Of a stretch of 64,000 bases of DNA, positions 43,010 through 52,813 are shown in pieces. Numbering within the stretch: position 1 is the stretch's first letter; the number at the start of each line of letters is the position of its first letter. The translations under genes and the position numbers were made by a program. The notes under the pieces were generated by a model. The model ran no database searches. It was not told the origin of the DNA and was given only the letters and a program-made list of their open reading frames with translations. The stretch lies in IMG/VR virus record IMGVR_UViG_3300005077_000001, positions 96,001-160,000 of that record. One strand, given 5' to 3'. The DNA is from a virus. Lineage: Duplodnaviria > Caudoviricetes.

Positions 43010-45523
43010 ATGGCAACGGCAACACAAAATAATCCAGAAATATTTGGTAATCCATGTTTAACAAATAATTGGTCAAAAACTATACAAGCCTGTAGAGATT
43101 CAATGAAGTATGACAAAGACTTCATTGCTATAGATATACTTCGTACTTTTGATATATCTGTTAATATGAATTCTGTTTATGGCGATAATTCTCATGATTC
43201 ACTTAACAAAAATCAATATACTAATTTATGTCCACTAGATATTCAAACTCAAGATGCTTTTACAGTAATGAGAGCTTCTTTAGATGCTAAATTACTAAAT
43301 GGGGAATATTGGGAGGTATATTCTAATGAATTTGGTGAAGCCGAATTTGTATTAATATTGAAAGATAGTTCTCCTAATACCCATTTATGCAAATTACCTG
43401 AAATACGGTATTGTATTCCAGGTGCAAAAATGGATCAAATTACTGATTTAGTAATTGTAAGAGGGAATACTCCGATTCCTGAAATATCTTGTGGTGATAC
43501 TGAAATTATTGTATTATCAAAAGATCAACCCATAGTTGAAAATGTGTGTGAATTAGGAAATATATTTACTAAAAGACCCTTTAATTCTGCTGAATCAGCT
43601 ATAACTGCTCTTGGGGCTAAAATGGAATGGGGAATGTTAGCGGAATCAAGGGGTGGTTCGTATGTATCTCGCTCTTGTGATTTAGGTAAATTTAGGCAGT
43701 ACGGCACAATAGTATATCCAGAATATGATCGTAAGCAAGTTTTCAAAGATAACATAAGTGACCCAATAGAAATTGGTCCTTTTCAGCAGATTATAGGTTG
43801 GCTTATAGATATTGACTTTGGTAATTTTACATCTGAAGAATTACAACTGTACTATAATGTTAATTTCACTTCTGGTGCTACCGAAATACCTGTTAGGTTA
43901 AAAGATAGTGGACCTTTGGTAGGAAGTGTCTCTGCTCATGAACTTGAAAACTATTTTCCGTTAGAATGTGATTTATCTGTTTTAAATATGAATAGGGCTT
44001 GCATGACCCCTCAAGAATTATTAAAAGCTCATTTTGATGCTTATACACAATTGCAGGGGTGCTCTAACCCCCGTCAGGCTATATTACAAGGGGGTGGTAT
44101 TACTGGATACAATGGTGGGTACATAGTCCCTAATATGTATCAGTATGGTAAAATCCAATCTTGTTTAGATTTTAGTGATGCAAATAGATGGGGCTATCTA
44201 GGTTTTACGGAAAAATGTGGGGGAGACCCTGTTGAAAACATATACCAAAGTACAACACAGATAATAGCTACTGGATTTCCGTTGCGTAGTTGGTACTATG
44301 TGCATTCTTCTGCAGGTCAAGATCAGTATTTTTTTGGTATTCAAACTGAACACCAAACTATCCAATTAACAGAAGGGGAGCATTGGGTTGAGTTATCAGA
44401 GTTTCCTGGTTTGTATACATCTTTAGGTAAGGGAGCTTTTAGATACTATGGGTTAAGATTTAAAGCCCCACCCTCAGCTACTTATAGAGTTACTTATTCT
44501 AATGAGCATACTCCTAATACAGGCGGTTCTTTTGCTGCTGGAGGAGGTACTGATATGGGATGGCAAAATCCGTTTCATGCTTATTTAGGTATGTTTATAC
44601 GTTCTGGTATTGATATGCAAGATTTATCTATATTTTATCAACATGTTGCAGGTAATTATAGTGCTTATTATTTTACTGAGGGATGTTGGAACTACACCCC
44701 AGGAGGTTACCTAGCAGGAATAAACGATGGGTTATGGACTATAGATGAAGGTAGTTTATATGCTAAAGTAAATGTATCAAGACCTGGGATTCAGATTAGA
44801 ACAGCTGGAAAAGATGTAAGACCTTTATTGGAAGCCATTTCGATGAAAGTAAAACCTATTTTTCAAAATACCATGCAACAACCAGTTGCAGCTTGTGGTA
44901 ATAATTTTTGTCAAATAATAGATCCAGAAACTGGTTTATACGATAATGTATGGTGTACTAGAGAAGAACTAGATAGTGATGCAGAAAAATTAAGAGATGC
45001 TATGACTGGTATTACCTTAGAAGTAAACATCACTGCTTTATTCCCAACAGATACATCTTTAAATGGGTATAGAACTGCTGCGGAAGAATGTTTAAAAGTA
45101 GCACAAAATTTATATAATTATTATAATACTTTTAGAAATGAACCATATAAAGGATATACTTATATATGTGGTCCTCCTACAAATAAAGATGAAATACCAA
45201 GATTAGGTAAATGTGTGAGTACTCCTCATGGTATAAGAACTATAAATACGATCAATTATAATTATCAAGATGGTCAATCTTATACATTAAATATTGAAGC
45301 AGGCCCAGCAATGTTTTCTGCACAAGGTGTAGGTCAGCTATATAAAAAGCAAGTAGAAAATGTTACTATAACAGGTAGAGTGGAACAAGTATTAGATGGG
45401 GCTTTATATAAAGTTAATATCCCTAGATATGGAATAATTACAGCTTGGAATGCTGCTAAATGGCCGTGGGAAGTAGGGGATCAAGTACAAGTTGAACTAT
45501 ACAATGTTCCAAAGGAGGCTTAA
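43010..45523 (+). CDS. Putative tail-tip hub/Tal-like protein
   Basis: 837 aa directly after tape measure gene; C-terminal PRLG..IRTINTINYNY..YTLNIEAG hub-like segment and a short OB-fold-like tail. Confidence 0.5.
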   Translation: MATATQNNPEIFGNPCLTNNWSKTIQACRDSMKYDKDFIAIDILRTFDISVNMNSVYGDNSHDSLNKNQYTNLCPLDIQTQDAFTVMRASLDAKLLNGEYWEVYSNEFGEAEFVLILKDSSPNTHLCKLPEIRYCIPGAKMDQITDLVIVRGNTPIPEISCGDTEIIVLSKDQPIVENVCELGNIFTKRPFNSAESAITALGAKMEWGMLAESRGGSYVSRSCDLGKFRQYGTIVYPEYDRKQVFKDNISDPIEIGPFQQIIGWLIDIDFGNFTSEELQLYYNVNFTSGATEIPVRLKDSGPLVGSVSAHELENYFPLECDLSVLNMNRACMTPQELLKAHFDAYTQLQGCSNPRQAILQGGGITGYNGGYIVPNMYQYGKIQSCLDFSDANRWGYLGFTEKCGGDPVENIYQSTTQIIATGFPLRSWYYVHSSAGQDQYFFGIQTEHQTIQLTEGEHWVELSEFPGLYTSLGKGAFRYYGLRFKAPPSATYRVTYSNEHTPNTGGSFAAGGGTDMGWQNPFHAYLGMFIRSGIDMQDLSIFYQHVAGNYSAYYFTEGCWNYTPGGYLAGINDGLWTIDEGSLYAKVNVSRPGIQIRTAGKDVRPLLEAISMKVKPIFQNTMQQPVAACGNNFCQIIDPETGLYDNVWCTREELDSDAEKLRDAMTGITLEVNITALFPTDTSLNGYRTAAEECLKVAQNLYNYYNTFRNEPYKGYTYICGPPTNKDEIPRLGKCVSTPHGIRTINTINYNYQDGQSYTLNIEAGPAMFSAQGVGQLYKKQVENVTITGRVEQVLDGALYKVNIPRYGIITAWNAAKWPWEVGDQVQVELYNVPKEA

Positions 45524-45703
45524 GTCATATTGACTAGCTTAAATCTTAATTGACTACGTTATTCAGGTTACAACACCTTGGGATGCTCCTCAAGTTCCAA
45601 GCTCTGTTGCTGTAAATTAAACAGTTCTAAGGAACAGTGTTTACAGTGTAAAAAGCCTCTATAACATTAGCGATGAGGCCCTAACCCGAAAGGAGAACGA
45701 AAC
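45524..45703 (+). ncRNA. omegaRNA scaffold of IscB (OMEGA system)
   Basis: GTCA..TTGACTAGCTTAAATCTT..GACTACGTT, CACCTTGGGATGCTCCTCAAGTTCCAAGCTCTG, ctgtaaa/tttacag stem with internal gttc-taag-gaac hairpin, AAAGCC..AACATTAGCGA; immediately 5' of iscB. Confidence 0.75.
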
Positions 45704-46927
45704 TTGAGAGTATTCGTTAAAAATCAAAGAAATAAACCATTAATGCCAACAACTCCGGCAAAAGCTAGAATTTTGCTAAAGCAAGGAAAAGCAAAGGTTG
45801 TAAAAAGAACCCCATTTACAATTCAATTACTTTATCCAACCGGAGAAACTAAACAAGAAATTACTTTAGGAGTAGATACTGGGTACAAATTCATTGGGCT
45901 TTCAGCAGTTTCTAAAAAAGAAGAATTATTTTCAGCTCAAGTAGAATTAAGAACAGATATTTCTAAATTACTTAAAGAGAGAAGAATGTATCGAAGGGCT
46001 AGAAGAGAAAGAAAAACTCGGTATCGTAAACCTAGATTTCTTAATCGTGCAAATGCAAGAAAAAAAGGACGATTGATGCCTTCAGTTCAACATAAATTAG
46101 ATTCTCATATCAAACTCGTGAACAAAGTTTCTGAATTATTACCTATTTCAAAAGTTCGAATGGAAATTGCAGCCTTTGACATTCAGAAAATAAAAAATCC
46201 TGAAATAAAAGGAAAAGGATATCAGAACGGAGAACAGAAAGGGTTTAGTAACACCAGAGAGTATGTTTTGTACAGAGACAGCCATAAATGTCAACTTTGT
46301 AAAGGAAAATCAAAAGACAAGATTTTGAATGTGCATCACATAATTTCAAGAATCGAGGGAGGAACTAACCAGCCCGACAACTTAATTACGTTGTGTAAAA
46401 CTTGTCACAGTGAATTTCATAAAGGCATAGTAGAATTAAAAGCAAAACCTAAAAAGAGTTTCAAAGCAGAAACTTTAATGTCTATAATAAGATGGAGAAT
46501 AATTGACCAACTTAAAGCACTGTATATAGATGTTGAAACTACTTACGGCTATGAAACCAAAGAAAAAAGACTAGAATCAGGGATAGAAAAATCTCACATT
46601 AACGATGCTTTTGTTATAGCAAACGGTTCAATACAGAAAAGGAATCAATCGTACCTAATAAAGCAAGTGCGAAAGCAAAATCGTAAACTATTTAAAGGAG
46701 CTAGGAGTCATATTAGAAATACTGCTCCACGATTTTTATTCGGATTTCAGAGATTTGATAAGGTGCTTTTTGAAGGAAATGAGTATTTCATATATGGTAG
46801 ACGAGTAATAGGTAGATTCAAGTTATTTTCTTTAGAATCTGGGATAATAAAAGAAGAACCTAGTTATAAAAGATTAAAATTACTTGAAACAAAAAATACG
46901 TTTGTTATTAATTTAATAAATAGATAA
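45704..46927 (+). CDS. iscB: IscB RNA-guided endonuclease (PLMP, split RuvC, HNH)
   Basis: KPLMP N-terminus; RuvC-I GVDTG; Arg-rich bridge helix RRMYRRARR; RuvC-II MEIAAFD; HNH CQLC..HHI..N..NLITLCKTCH; RuvC-III SHINDA; TTG start with AGGAG RBS. Confidence 0.92.
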   Translation: MRVFVKNQRNKPLMPTTPAKARILLKQGKAKVVKRTPFTIQLLYPTGETKQEITLGVDTGYKFIGLSAVSKKEELFSAQVELRTDISKLLKERRMYRRARRERKTRYRKPRFLNRANARKKGRLMPSVQHKLDSHIKLVNKVSELLPISKVRMEIAAFDIQKIKNPEIKGKGYQNGEQKGFSNTREYVLYRDSHKCQLCKGKSKDKILNVHHIISRIEGGTNQPDNLITLCKTCHSEFHKGIVELKAKPKKSFKAETLMSIIRWRIIDQLKALYIDVETTYGYETKEKRLESGIEKSHINDAFVIANGSIQKRNQSYLIKQVRKQNRKLFKGARSHIRNTAPRFLFGFQRFDKVLFEGNEYFIYGRRVIGRFKLFSLESGIIKEEPSYKRLKLLETKNTFVINLINR

Positions 46928-46953
46928 CTATACTTAAAAAAGGAATTACAAGG

Positions 46954-48033
46954 ATGACTGATTGCCCAACTCTAAGATTAGATTTAATACGAGCAAGAAT
47001 AGAAGTTGCTGGTATGAGTTTTGGAACTCCAGGATGTGGATACGATACTCATGGGTATATTAACTCTTTTAGTTTAAACCAAAGTAGAGGTCAAGTAATT
47101 TCTACTTTAAATTGTCAACTAGAAATTTGGATTAGAAATCCTATTTCTAGCATAATAAATACTTCTGATGGATTAGGACCTACATTAACTTTGTGGGCTG
47201 GAGTAGAAGGGGGAATGCCTCAAATATTTACTGGATATGTAAAATCTGTCAAAGGAGATCCGCATTTTAATGATTCGAGAAAATATTATTTATCTATAAC
47301 TGCTGAAGATGTTTTTACAAAAATGCGTAATAAAAAGTATAGTAGAAGATTTAAAACTTCTGATTCTGCATATGCATTAATTAGAGGAGGTCAAAGAAAA
47401 GGTGGTGGTAGAATGACACAATTACGTAGAGTTCCCACTAAAGCTATACGATATAAGCAGGTTGCTGGTACTGTTCAGGATACCCATTCCCCATTACAAG
47501 CTACCCCAGACCCGAAAGGATGGACTCCTAATGGTAGAAATCCACAATCAGATACAGTAAAAGATAGATTAGCAGGTCAGTATGTTTATACTTTTCATCC
47601 AAGCACCGTATCCTTATTACCTGGGCAAAGTGCCATATTAACTTTGTACGATGAAGAAGGGAATCCGCGACTAGTAGGTTTACAAAAAGATAATCGAGGA
47701 GATTTTGCTGTTACAATAGACGATAATAGAAGATGCTCTTGCTTTGTTAATCCAAATAACTATGGTACTACTAATAGTAGTAATGTTGATGCAGCTTCTG
47801 GAACAGCTAAACCAGGAGAATTAAGAGTTATTACCTCAGAGATGTCAGATGTGTATTCCGATGAAACAAGAGGAAGGTTCATAATCACAATGAGAGATTG
47901 GTATCCTTTTAGAGGGGTTTTCGTAGACCCAGCAACTAAGGCACTTGCTAAAATAGATGCCATGACTGTTGCTCCACATGGACACGATAACTTAGCAACT
48001 GGTGGTCCCGCAGGAGGTATAGTAGCATATTAA
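46954..48033 (+). CDS. Putative tail-tip/baseplate hub protein (gp27/GpD-like N-terminus)
   Basis: INSFSLNQSRG..LNCQL..LTLWAG..QIFTGYV..YLSITAED pattern typical of hub proteins. Confidence 0.55.
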   Translation: MTDCPTLRLDLIRARIEVAGMSFGTPGCGYDTHGYINSFSLNQSRGQVISTLNCQLEIWIRNPISSIINTSDGLGPTLTLWAGVEGGMPQIFTGYVKSVKGDPHFNDSRKYYLSITAEDVFTKMRNKKYSRRFKTSDSAYALIRGGQRKGGGRMTQLRRVPTKAIRYKQVAGTVQDTHSPLQATPDPKGWTPNGRNPQSDTVKDRLAGQYVYTFHPSTVSLLPGQSAILTLYDEEGNPRLVGLQKDNRGDFAVTIDDNRRCSCFVNPNNYGTTNSSNVDAASGTAKPGELRVITSEMSDVYSDETRGRFIITMRDWYPFRGVFVDPATKALAKIDAMTVAPHGHDNLATGGPAGGIVAY

Positions 48034-48034
48034 A

Positions 48035-48781
48035 ATGAGCACATGTAATTGTTGCATAGTATATGATTTATCTGTATCAGAAGGTAATGCAATATTAACT
48101 GGAGTTAATTCTTTAAATATTGATACAAACCTTACCTTCGACTGGTGGGATGAGACAGATAATGAATGTAATCCATATAATACAAAATTAGATTTAATTG
48201 GCCCTGCTATTACTTCATTACAACTGACAGCACACCCATTTGATAATGATAGTATGGAAGAATACGGGTATACTATGGGATTCTCTTGTCCATTTGAATT
48301 ATCTGTTTCAATTGGATATAAATTTATTAATTCTTGTAATGAATGTGTGGATTGTATCGATCCTATAACCGGCGAAGTAATAGGAAGACGTAGAGGTCGT
48401 TGGATAGGTGTCCCCAATCGTAAGAGAGACATAAAAATAACTGGAAACATAGATGACATCCCTTCTTCATTAATGGAATTTGGAGATAGGTTATATAGAG
48501 TAAATAAACTCAATGTGCAAGCAGGACAGCAACCTTTTATTATACCTCCAATTACTTATGCCTATAAGAGTGTCAAATATAAAGGGGGCCCGTTGCTTGT
48601 GGATACAACACAGGATTTTGTGTACGAATTCAGTGTTAATTCTGAAAAATCCTGTCAAGGAATGTTAAAAGTAAATAATATTGAGGCATATCTCACTAAT
48701 TTTACTTGGAAATTTGAACCCCCAAATCCACCAACTTGTAACTATACCTTCAATTGGTATACTGCATTTTGTAACATTTAA
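48035..48781 (+). CDS. Cys-rich hypothetical tail-tip protein
   Basis: 248 aa, beta-rich, about 11 Cys; operon context. Confidence 0.4.
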   Translation: MSTCNCCIVYDLSVSEGNAILTGVNSLNIDTNLTFDWWDETDNECNPYNTKLDLIGPAITSLQLTAHPFDNDSMEEYGYTMGFSCPFELSVSIGYKFINSCNECVDCIDPITGEVIGRRRGRWIGVPNRKRDIKITGNIDDIPSSLMEFGDRLYRVNKLNVQAGQQPFIIPPITYAYKSVKYKGGPLLVDTTQDFVYEFSVNSEKSCQGMLKVNNIEAYLTNFTWKFEPPNPPTCNYTFNWYTAFCNI

Positions 48782-48794
48782 AAAGGAAGAGAAT

Positions 48795-49889
48795 ATGGAA
48801 CAAAAAAAATGGACAAAAGAGGAAGAGGAATCACTTAAGCAGCTTTATTTTAAAAATACAACTTTAGAAATAGCCAATATTCTTGGAAGGAGTGTATGGT
48901 CTGTGCAGAACAGAATTAGAAAATTAGGTATATCTGGTAATAAATACTGTAAGTGGACTGAAAAAGAAGAGAATAAACTAAAAGGATTATATTATTCCAC
49001 AAATATTAAGAATTTAGAAACTATTTTTCATAGGAAAGCAAAAAACATACAAACAAAAGCTTCAACGATGGGCCTTTTTTCAAATAGATATTGGTCAAAG
49101 GAAGAGGATCTAGTTTTAATAGAACAATACCCTACTGTTGAAACAAAAAAATTAGTTAAAATGTTAAATAGATCACGTAACGGAATTATTCAAAGAGCTG
49201 GTTTTTTAAACATTAGCAAGGCTGAAGAGTGTAAGTTTAAACACCTCAAAAAGTATAGATGTAACGATTCTTATTTTAACATTATTGATTCTCCTGACAA
49301 AGCTTATTTTTTAGGATTTTTATGGGCAGATGGTAATATTCACAACTCACGACATTCTATTAAGCTCTCTCTTAATATAAAAGATAGGGTTGTTTTAGAA
49401 AAATTTAAATATTATATAGAAGCGTCTAACCCAATTTATACTAGATTAAAAAACAATTGCTGTACATTCACAGTGTTTTCTAAACAAATGTATATTGATC
49501 TTATAGATAAGGGTATTACCCCAAATAAAACATATGGAACTACAATCCCAAATAATATTCCAAACGACATGTGCTCCCATTTCATAAGGGGATTATTTGA
49601 TGGTGATGGTGGAATTTATAATAGATTAAGAAAGAATAAATATTTAGATTCTAAAATAGATATAAGTAATAATGAATCTACAATAAATTGGCTATATGAT
49701 GCTGTTGATATAAATTGTGGTATTAAAGGAACTAAAGATAAAAGAAAAGGAGTTCATTGCTGGAGATGGTCCATCTATTCTAGATTAAATATTATTAATT
49801 TTGCTAATTATATATATAAAGATTCAAAAGATCTTTATTTAGAACGAAAACATAATCGTTTTATAGAATATGGTTTACTGGAGAAATAA
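48795..49889 (+). CDS. Free-standing LAGLIDADG endonuclease with three N-terminal Myb/SANT-like repeats
   Basis: WTKEEEESL, WTEKEENKL, WSKEEDLVL repeats; AYFLGFLWADG and FIRGLFDGDG; start at 48795 after AAGGAAG RBS. Confidence 0.85.
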   Translation: MEQKKWTKEEEESLKQLYFKNTTLEIANILGRSVWSVQNRIRKLGISGNKYCKWTEKEENKLKGLYYSTNIKNLETIFHRKAKNIQTKASTMGLFSNRYWSKEEDLVLIEQYPTVETKKLVKMLNRSRNGIIQRAGFLNISKAEECKFKHLKKYRCNDSYFNIIDSPDKAYFLGFLWADGNIHNSRHSIKLSLNIKDRVVLEKFKYYIEASNPIYTRLKNNCCTFTVFSKQMYIDLIDKGITPNKTYGTTIPNNIPNDMCSHFIRGLFDGDGGIYNRLRKNKYLDSKIDISNNESTINWLYDAVDINCGIKGTKDKRKGVHCWRWSIYSRLNIINFANYIYKDSKDLYLERKHNRFIEYGLLEK

Positions 49890-50264
49890 ATGTCCGAGTC
49901 ATGTAGTCTTAATAAAAGCTATAAATTACGTTGTTCTCAACCAGTTCTTGTATGTTCAGACAATACACAGCAGTGTGAATGTGCTCCAGGGAGAAGAACT
50001 ACTATGGTGATATCCTCATTTGGTTTAGACATTATAAATGGGCGAACTATACAAGCTACAGATAATTTACCATTATCTATAGATTTTATTGGTATCTCTC
50101 CTGATGGAACTTTAGAGTCTGCTAATTTTAATGCAACTCAATATTTAACTAAAGATGGGGATATAGTATGGAACGGTCAAGAAATTCCACCTACTCAACA
50201 TGAATTAGAATTAGAAATGCCAGGTATTGAAGTAGGAAATTTAGGAGATTTATTGGGAGGCTAA
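49890..50264 (+). CDS. Hypothetical structural protein with Cys-rich N-terminus
   Basis: 124-aa ORF abutting neighbours. Confidence 0.45.
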   Translation: MSESCSLNKSYKLRCSQPVLVCSDNTQQCECAPGRRTTMVISSFGLDIINGRTIQATDNLPLSIDFIGISPDGTLESANFNATQYLTKDGDIVWNGQEIPPTQHELELEMPGIEVGNLGDLLGG

Positions 50265-50570
50265 ATGAAACCATTATTAGATGCATTTGATACTCCTAGA
50301 ATAGACTGTTCCTCCATAAACATATCTTATGCAGCTACAGGTTTGGTTACACTTACGTTTAAAGTCTATGTAAAGAAAGATAAAGGTTTACCTTATACGA
50401 AAGAAAATACACCCAAATTTAGTTTATGTATAAGTAAAGAAAGAAGGTTTAATGGGTTGGTTACTTCACAACAAGCAAGTGCTTCTATAGAATTTAATAA
50501 TGTTGTTGAATGGTCAGTTAGTGCATTCGGATTCGTATGTTCAGATTCCAATTGCGGAGCTAGATGTTAA
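50265..50570 (+). CDS. Hypothetical tail-tip protein
   Basis: 101 aa, alternating beta-strand pattern, GGAGG RBS. Confidence 0.45.
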   Translation: MKPLLDAFDTPRIDCSSINISYAATGLVTLTFKVYVKKDKGLPYTKENTPKFSLCISKERRFNGLVTSQQASASIEFNNVVEWSVSAFGFVCSDSNCGARC

Positions 50571-51349
50571 TGGTTATACTAGGTAAATCTACAAAAGCAG
50601 AAATAATTTTTCCTGATAATACTAAAGTAGACTATGGCATTGAATCTATAGATTTTAGCTATGGAGCTAATATACAAAGGTTATATGCTTTTGGTGGTTC
50701 AAATATAGATTGTAATATCAATGAATATTCTACTATACAGTCTAGTGAAATACAAATTAATTTTAATATTTATGGTGGAATTACTCCTGAAGTATCACTA
50801 TGCGTTCCTGATACTTGTAGAAATAGTGATAATAGGTTAATTGTAACTATTATTCCTGCTGCTTGTTTTCCTACACCAGTTATTAATGTTTTAGTTTTTA
50901 TCAATTCTTATTCATACACAAAAGAAAGGTATCAAGTAGGTAAGGAGTCTTGGTCTTGTACTGGGTACGATTCTAGCATTTTACAAAACTATAAAGGGGC
51001 ATATATACAAATACCCCCTACATACACGATACTTAATTTAGCAGAAGGGAATATAGATGTAGAGGATATTAATATAAATATAGGTAGTCCTGGTATTGCA
51101 TCTCAAGATATTATAGATATACAGAATATGGTGGGTGCTCAATTTAGAAATTATGATTTAGGAAGGATGCCAGTAAAATCCTATCGTGGTTCAGCTTCGG
51201 CTGGGGGGATGGGGTTAGGAGAAATGACAGCTAGTATTCAAGGTTCATTTAAAGCTATTGGAAATAGCACTGGATGGGATGCTACTAATCCAGCATTAAA
51301 TGCTAAAGCAAATGTGTCAATTACAAACAATAAGGTTTATGTAGGATAA
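50564..51349 (+). CDS. Putative tube-like/distal-tail-like protein
   Basis: GIESIDFSYGANIQRLYAFG..SSEIQINFNIY resembles tube/Dit strands. Confidence 0.4.
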   Translation: MLMVILGKSTKAEIIFPDNTKVDYGIESIDFSYGANIQRLYAFGGSNIDCNINEYSTIQSSEIQINFNIYGGITPEVSLCVPDTCRNSDNRLIVTIIPAACFPTPVINVLVFINSYSYTKERYQVGKESWSCTGYDSSILQNYKGAYIQIPPTYTILNLAEGNIDVEDININIGSPGIASQDIIDIQNMVGAQFRNYDLGRMPVKSYRGSASAGGMGLGEMTASIQGSFKAIGNSTGWDATNPALNAKANVSITNNKVYVG

Positions 51350-51350
51350 T

Positions 51351-51773
51351 ATGCATTTAAATATAAAAGAAGAAAATGAACTGTACTTAGAGTTTAATAA
51401 AATTAGGCATATAAATGAAACAGAAAGTCATATTTATAATTCGGTATTTTATGGACCAGTTTTAAATAACCTAGTAGATATATCAGACTGTGATAGTTTA
51501 ATAATGAGTTTTAGTAAACAACACATAATCATAGGTCCTTCTTTAGATTACTATACATTAGTTTTATATTGGGATGGAATTGAGTTTATTGAAGATGGGA
51601 AGATTATTAAATTAAAAAATTCAATTTTAAAGTATAAGAGAATAGGTTTATTGAAAGATCTAAATGAAACTAATACTATACTTTTAAACTGTGAGAAACA
51701 TAAGGAGGAAATACATTATAAATACCCTATGTACGAAGCGTGGATTTTAGACAAAGATGGGTATTTATTATAA
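51351..51773 (+). CDS. Hypothetical protein
   Basis: 140-aa ORF in operon. Confidence 0.45.
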   Translation: MHLNIKEENELYLEFNKIRHINETESHIYNSVFYGPVLNNLVDISDCDSLIMSFSKQHIIIGPSLDYYTLVLYWDGIEFIEDGKIIKLKNSILKYKRIGLLKDLNETNTILLNCEKHKEEIHYKYPMYEAWILDKDGYLL

Positions 51774-51782
51774 TATCTATAA

Positions 51783-52787
51783 ATGGAAAGAAGACGTTGG
51801 ACAAAAGAAGAGGATATAACATTAACTGATTTATATAATTCTAATACTCCTAGATCCATTATATCTAGAATACTTGGTAAAGGAGTTTCTGCTATAAAAT
51901 CTAGAGCTATGATTTTAGGATTATCTAGAAATAATATTTTATATTGGACTGAAGATGAAATTAATTTATTACTTAATTTAAACAAAGAACGAATTTCGAT
52001 TAAAGAAATGTCAGAAAAATTAAATAAGACATCCAATTCAATTAGATGCCAGCTACAAAGATTAAAATTGAAAACTAATGAAGAGGATTTATTAGAAATT
52101 AAAAATGGGAAAGTGCATAAGAATAATAGGTACGGAAGAGCAAATAAAAAATATTATTTTAATGAAAATTATTTTGAAAAGATAGACTCTCACCAAAAAG
52201 CATATTGGTATGGTTTTTTATGGGCAGATGGGTTTGTATATAGAAGGAGAGAGAATTACGTTACAGGGCTTTTATTAAAAGATCCTGAACCAGTATATCA
52301 GTTTAAAGCAGACCTTGGTTCAGATCATCGCATATACATAAATGAAAATAGTTTTTCTATTAGACTTACTTCAGAGAAAATGTTCAAAGACTTGGAAAAA
52401 TTAAATATTATACCTAGAAAAACCTATGCTAACCTAAGACCAAAGATTACAGAAAACTATGTTAATAGTTTCATTTTGGGGATGTTTGATGGGGACGGTA
52501 GTATTAGTATTAATAGGCGATTATCCTTAAATAATTATTATTGCACGCATTATAATCTTAGTATAGCTAATAGTAAAGCTACTTGTTACTGGTTAAAAGA
52601 TGTTATTAATAGTAATTTGAATATATATAGCTATGTACAATCAAGAAAAGGGACTGTTGGTTGTGTATGGAGAACTAATAGCAAAAAGAGTATTTCTAAA
52701 TTTGCTGATTGGGCTTATAAAGATGTTGATTTCAAGTTGGAAAGAAAGTACAACAAATTTATTCAGTCAGGTATTCTGGATAAATAA
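51783..52787 (+). CDS. Second LAGLIDADG endonuclease with two Myb/SANT-like repeats
   Basis: WTKEEDITL, WTEDEINLL; AYWYGFLWADG and FILGMFDGDG; ends LERKYNKFIQSG, paralleling LERKHNRFIEYG of the first copy. Confidence 0.85.
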   Translation: MERRRWTKEEDITLTDLYNSNTPRSIISRILGKGVSAIKSRAMILGLSRNNILYWTEDEINLLLNLNKERISIKEMSEKLNKTSNSIRCQLQRLKLKTNEEDLLEIKNGKVHKNNRYGRANKKYYFNENYFEKIDSHQKAYWYGFLWADGFVYRRRENYVTGLLLKDPEPVYQFKADLGSDHRIYINENSFSIRLTSEKMFKDLEKLNIIPRKTYANLRPKITENYVNSFILGMFDGDGSISINRRLSLNNYYCTHYNLSIANSKATCYWLKDVINSNLNIYSYVQSRKGTVGCVWRTNSKKSISKFADWAYKDVDFKLERKYNKFIQSGILDK

Positions 52788-52813
52788 ATTTAATTAATGG
52801 AGGGTTTTGGATA

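Larger units (their letters stand above)
45524..46927 (+). mobile_element. Non-autonomous IS200/IS605-superfamily IscB element (no tnpA in window)
   Basis: omegaRNA plus iscB interrupting the tail-tip gene cluster; the right end is not identifiable. Confidence 0.65.

Noticed and set aside
48795-52787. LAGLIDADG genes as group I intron- or intein-encoded
   Set aside because: Intergenic gaps are 0-26 nt, leaving no room for intron structure, and flanking genes appear complete
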